A DNA stretch of 62,972 nucleotides, the filler included, from Rhabdomonas costata (Eukaryota), in NCBI GenBank assembly GCA_019059605.1. It is 48 parts of 48 records of this genome, joined end to end, with 100 filler letters (N's around TTAATTAATTAA, not from the genome) between each part and the next. Parts side by side here need not be neighbours in the genome. Positions count along the whole stretch, not along the records: positions 61,760 to 62,972 come from JAHMHO010023367.1; 47 more parts are not named here. One strand, 5' to 3'. Positions 62,486 through 62,972 of the stretch are shown here, piece after piece. The first letter of the stretch is position 1. Each line of letters begins with the position of its first letter. The position numbers and the translations under genes are program-made. Below the pieces are notes generated by a model, which did no database searches, was not told the DNA's origin, and saw only the letters and a list, made by a program, of their open reading frames with translations.

Positions 62486-62869
62486 TTAAATATTACAGCA
62501 CACCAAAAGGTCCACGAACCCCCTGCTAGGAGGGGTTTGTTGTTCAGCTGCTTGCTGATGCTCACGATAACTTTGATGGGGTTCAGGTTGCGCAACCGTG
62601 ATTCTGCGTTCGAGGCTGGGGACAGGGTGGGTTTTGATCCTCCTGTTTGTCCCTGCTTCCGCCGTCCCCTTTCGGCCGCAACAGGGTGCGCATGATGCTG
62701 CCCCGCTGTTTCCGTCCGCCTGCATTTTGAGGTTACTATTCTCGTGAGGAGCCGCCTGTGGCAACACCAGCCCCGTTGTCCGTGCTTCGCCCCCTTCGTT
62801 TGTTGTTGAGGAAAAGGCTTTCACGTCGAATTTCTGCCCGATATCACCCCGACCCATCGTCTTTCGCAT
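62486..62869 (-). CDS. Possible terminal exon ending in a Cys-rich lipidation-like tail
   Basis: Low-complexity ORF ending GFVDLLVCCNI-stop. Confidence 0.3.
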   Translation of the reverse strand: MRKTMGRGDIGQKFDVKAFSSTTNEGGEARTTGLVLPQAAPHENSNLKMQADGNSGAASCAPCCGRKGTAEAGTNRRIKTHPVPSLERRITVAQPEPHQSYREHQQAAEQQTPPSRGFVDLLVCCNI

Positions 62870-62972
62870 GACGGCCGAGTTTCACCACATAACTCCCCAT
62901 TAAAAACAAAAGAACAAACGAAGTTGAATGAACAGCATGTGAACATCTCTGTCCCTCTCTCACCCCCACCCC

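Overview
This window is not one locus. It is 48 unrelated contigs of about 1.21 kb joined by 100-nt N-TTAATTAATTAA-N spacers, so nothing can be inferred from adjacency across spacers. Contig ends carry G/T-only (or A/C-only) tails, and seven end in fold-back hairpins, which points to primer-based whole-genome amplification of a single cell. The DNA comes from an intron-rich eukaryote, most likely a euglenozoan (euglenid), based on an articulin-like VPV/VERVVE repeat exon and a cytosolic MDH with a trypanosomatid-like ILCGAFPRK motif in a gene with many spliceosomal introns. Recognisable gene fragments include ARPC4, a histidine kinase, a USP7-like deubiquitinase, a Trf4/PAPD5 poly(A) polymerase, MDH, pyruvate kinase, peroxiredoxin, PDR-type ABC transporters, SKP1, AsnRS, a dsRBM protein and kelch-like proteins. 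There are also decayed Ty3/gypsy and integrase relics and a kinase pseudogene. The most notable observations are: (1) a spliced single-pass membrane protein with a cytosolic ADP-ribosyltransferase-like domain; (2) an AT-rich, intronless virus-like fragment (CaaX gene end, TCTA promoter-like spacer, papain-like protease) beside a complex GC-rich repeat array; (3) repeated GC splice donors and very weak 5' splice consensus; (4) MDH introns that echo downstream exon sequence. All family assignments come from motif recognition by eye, not database searches.
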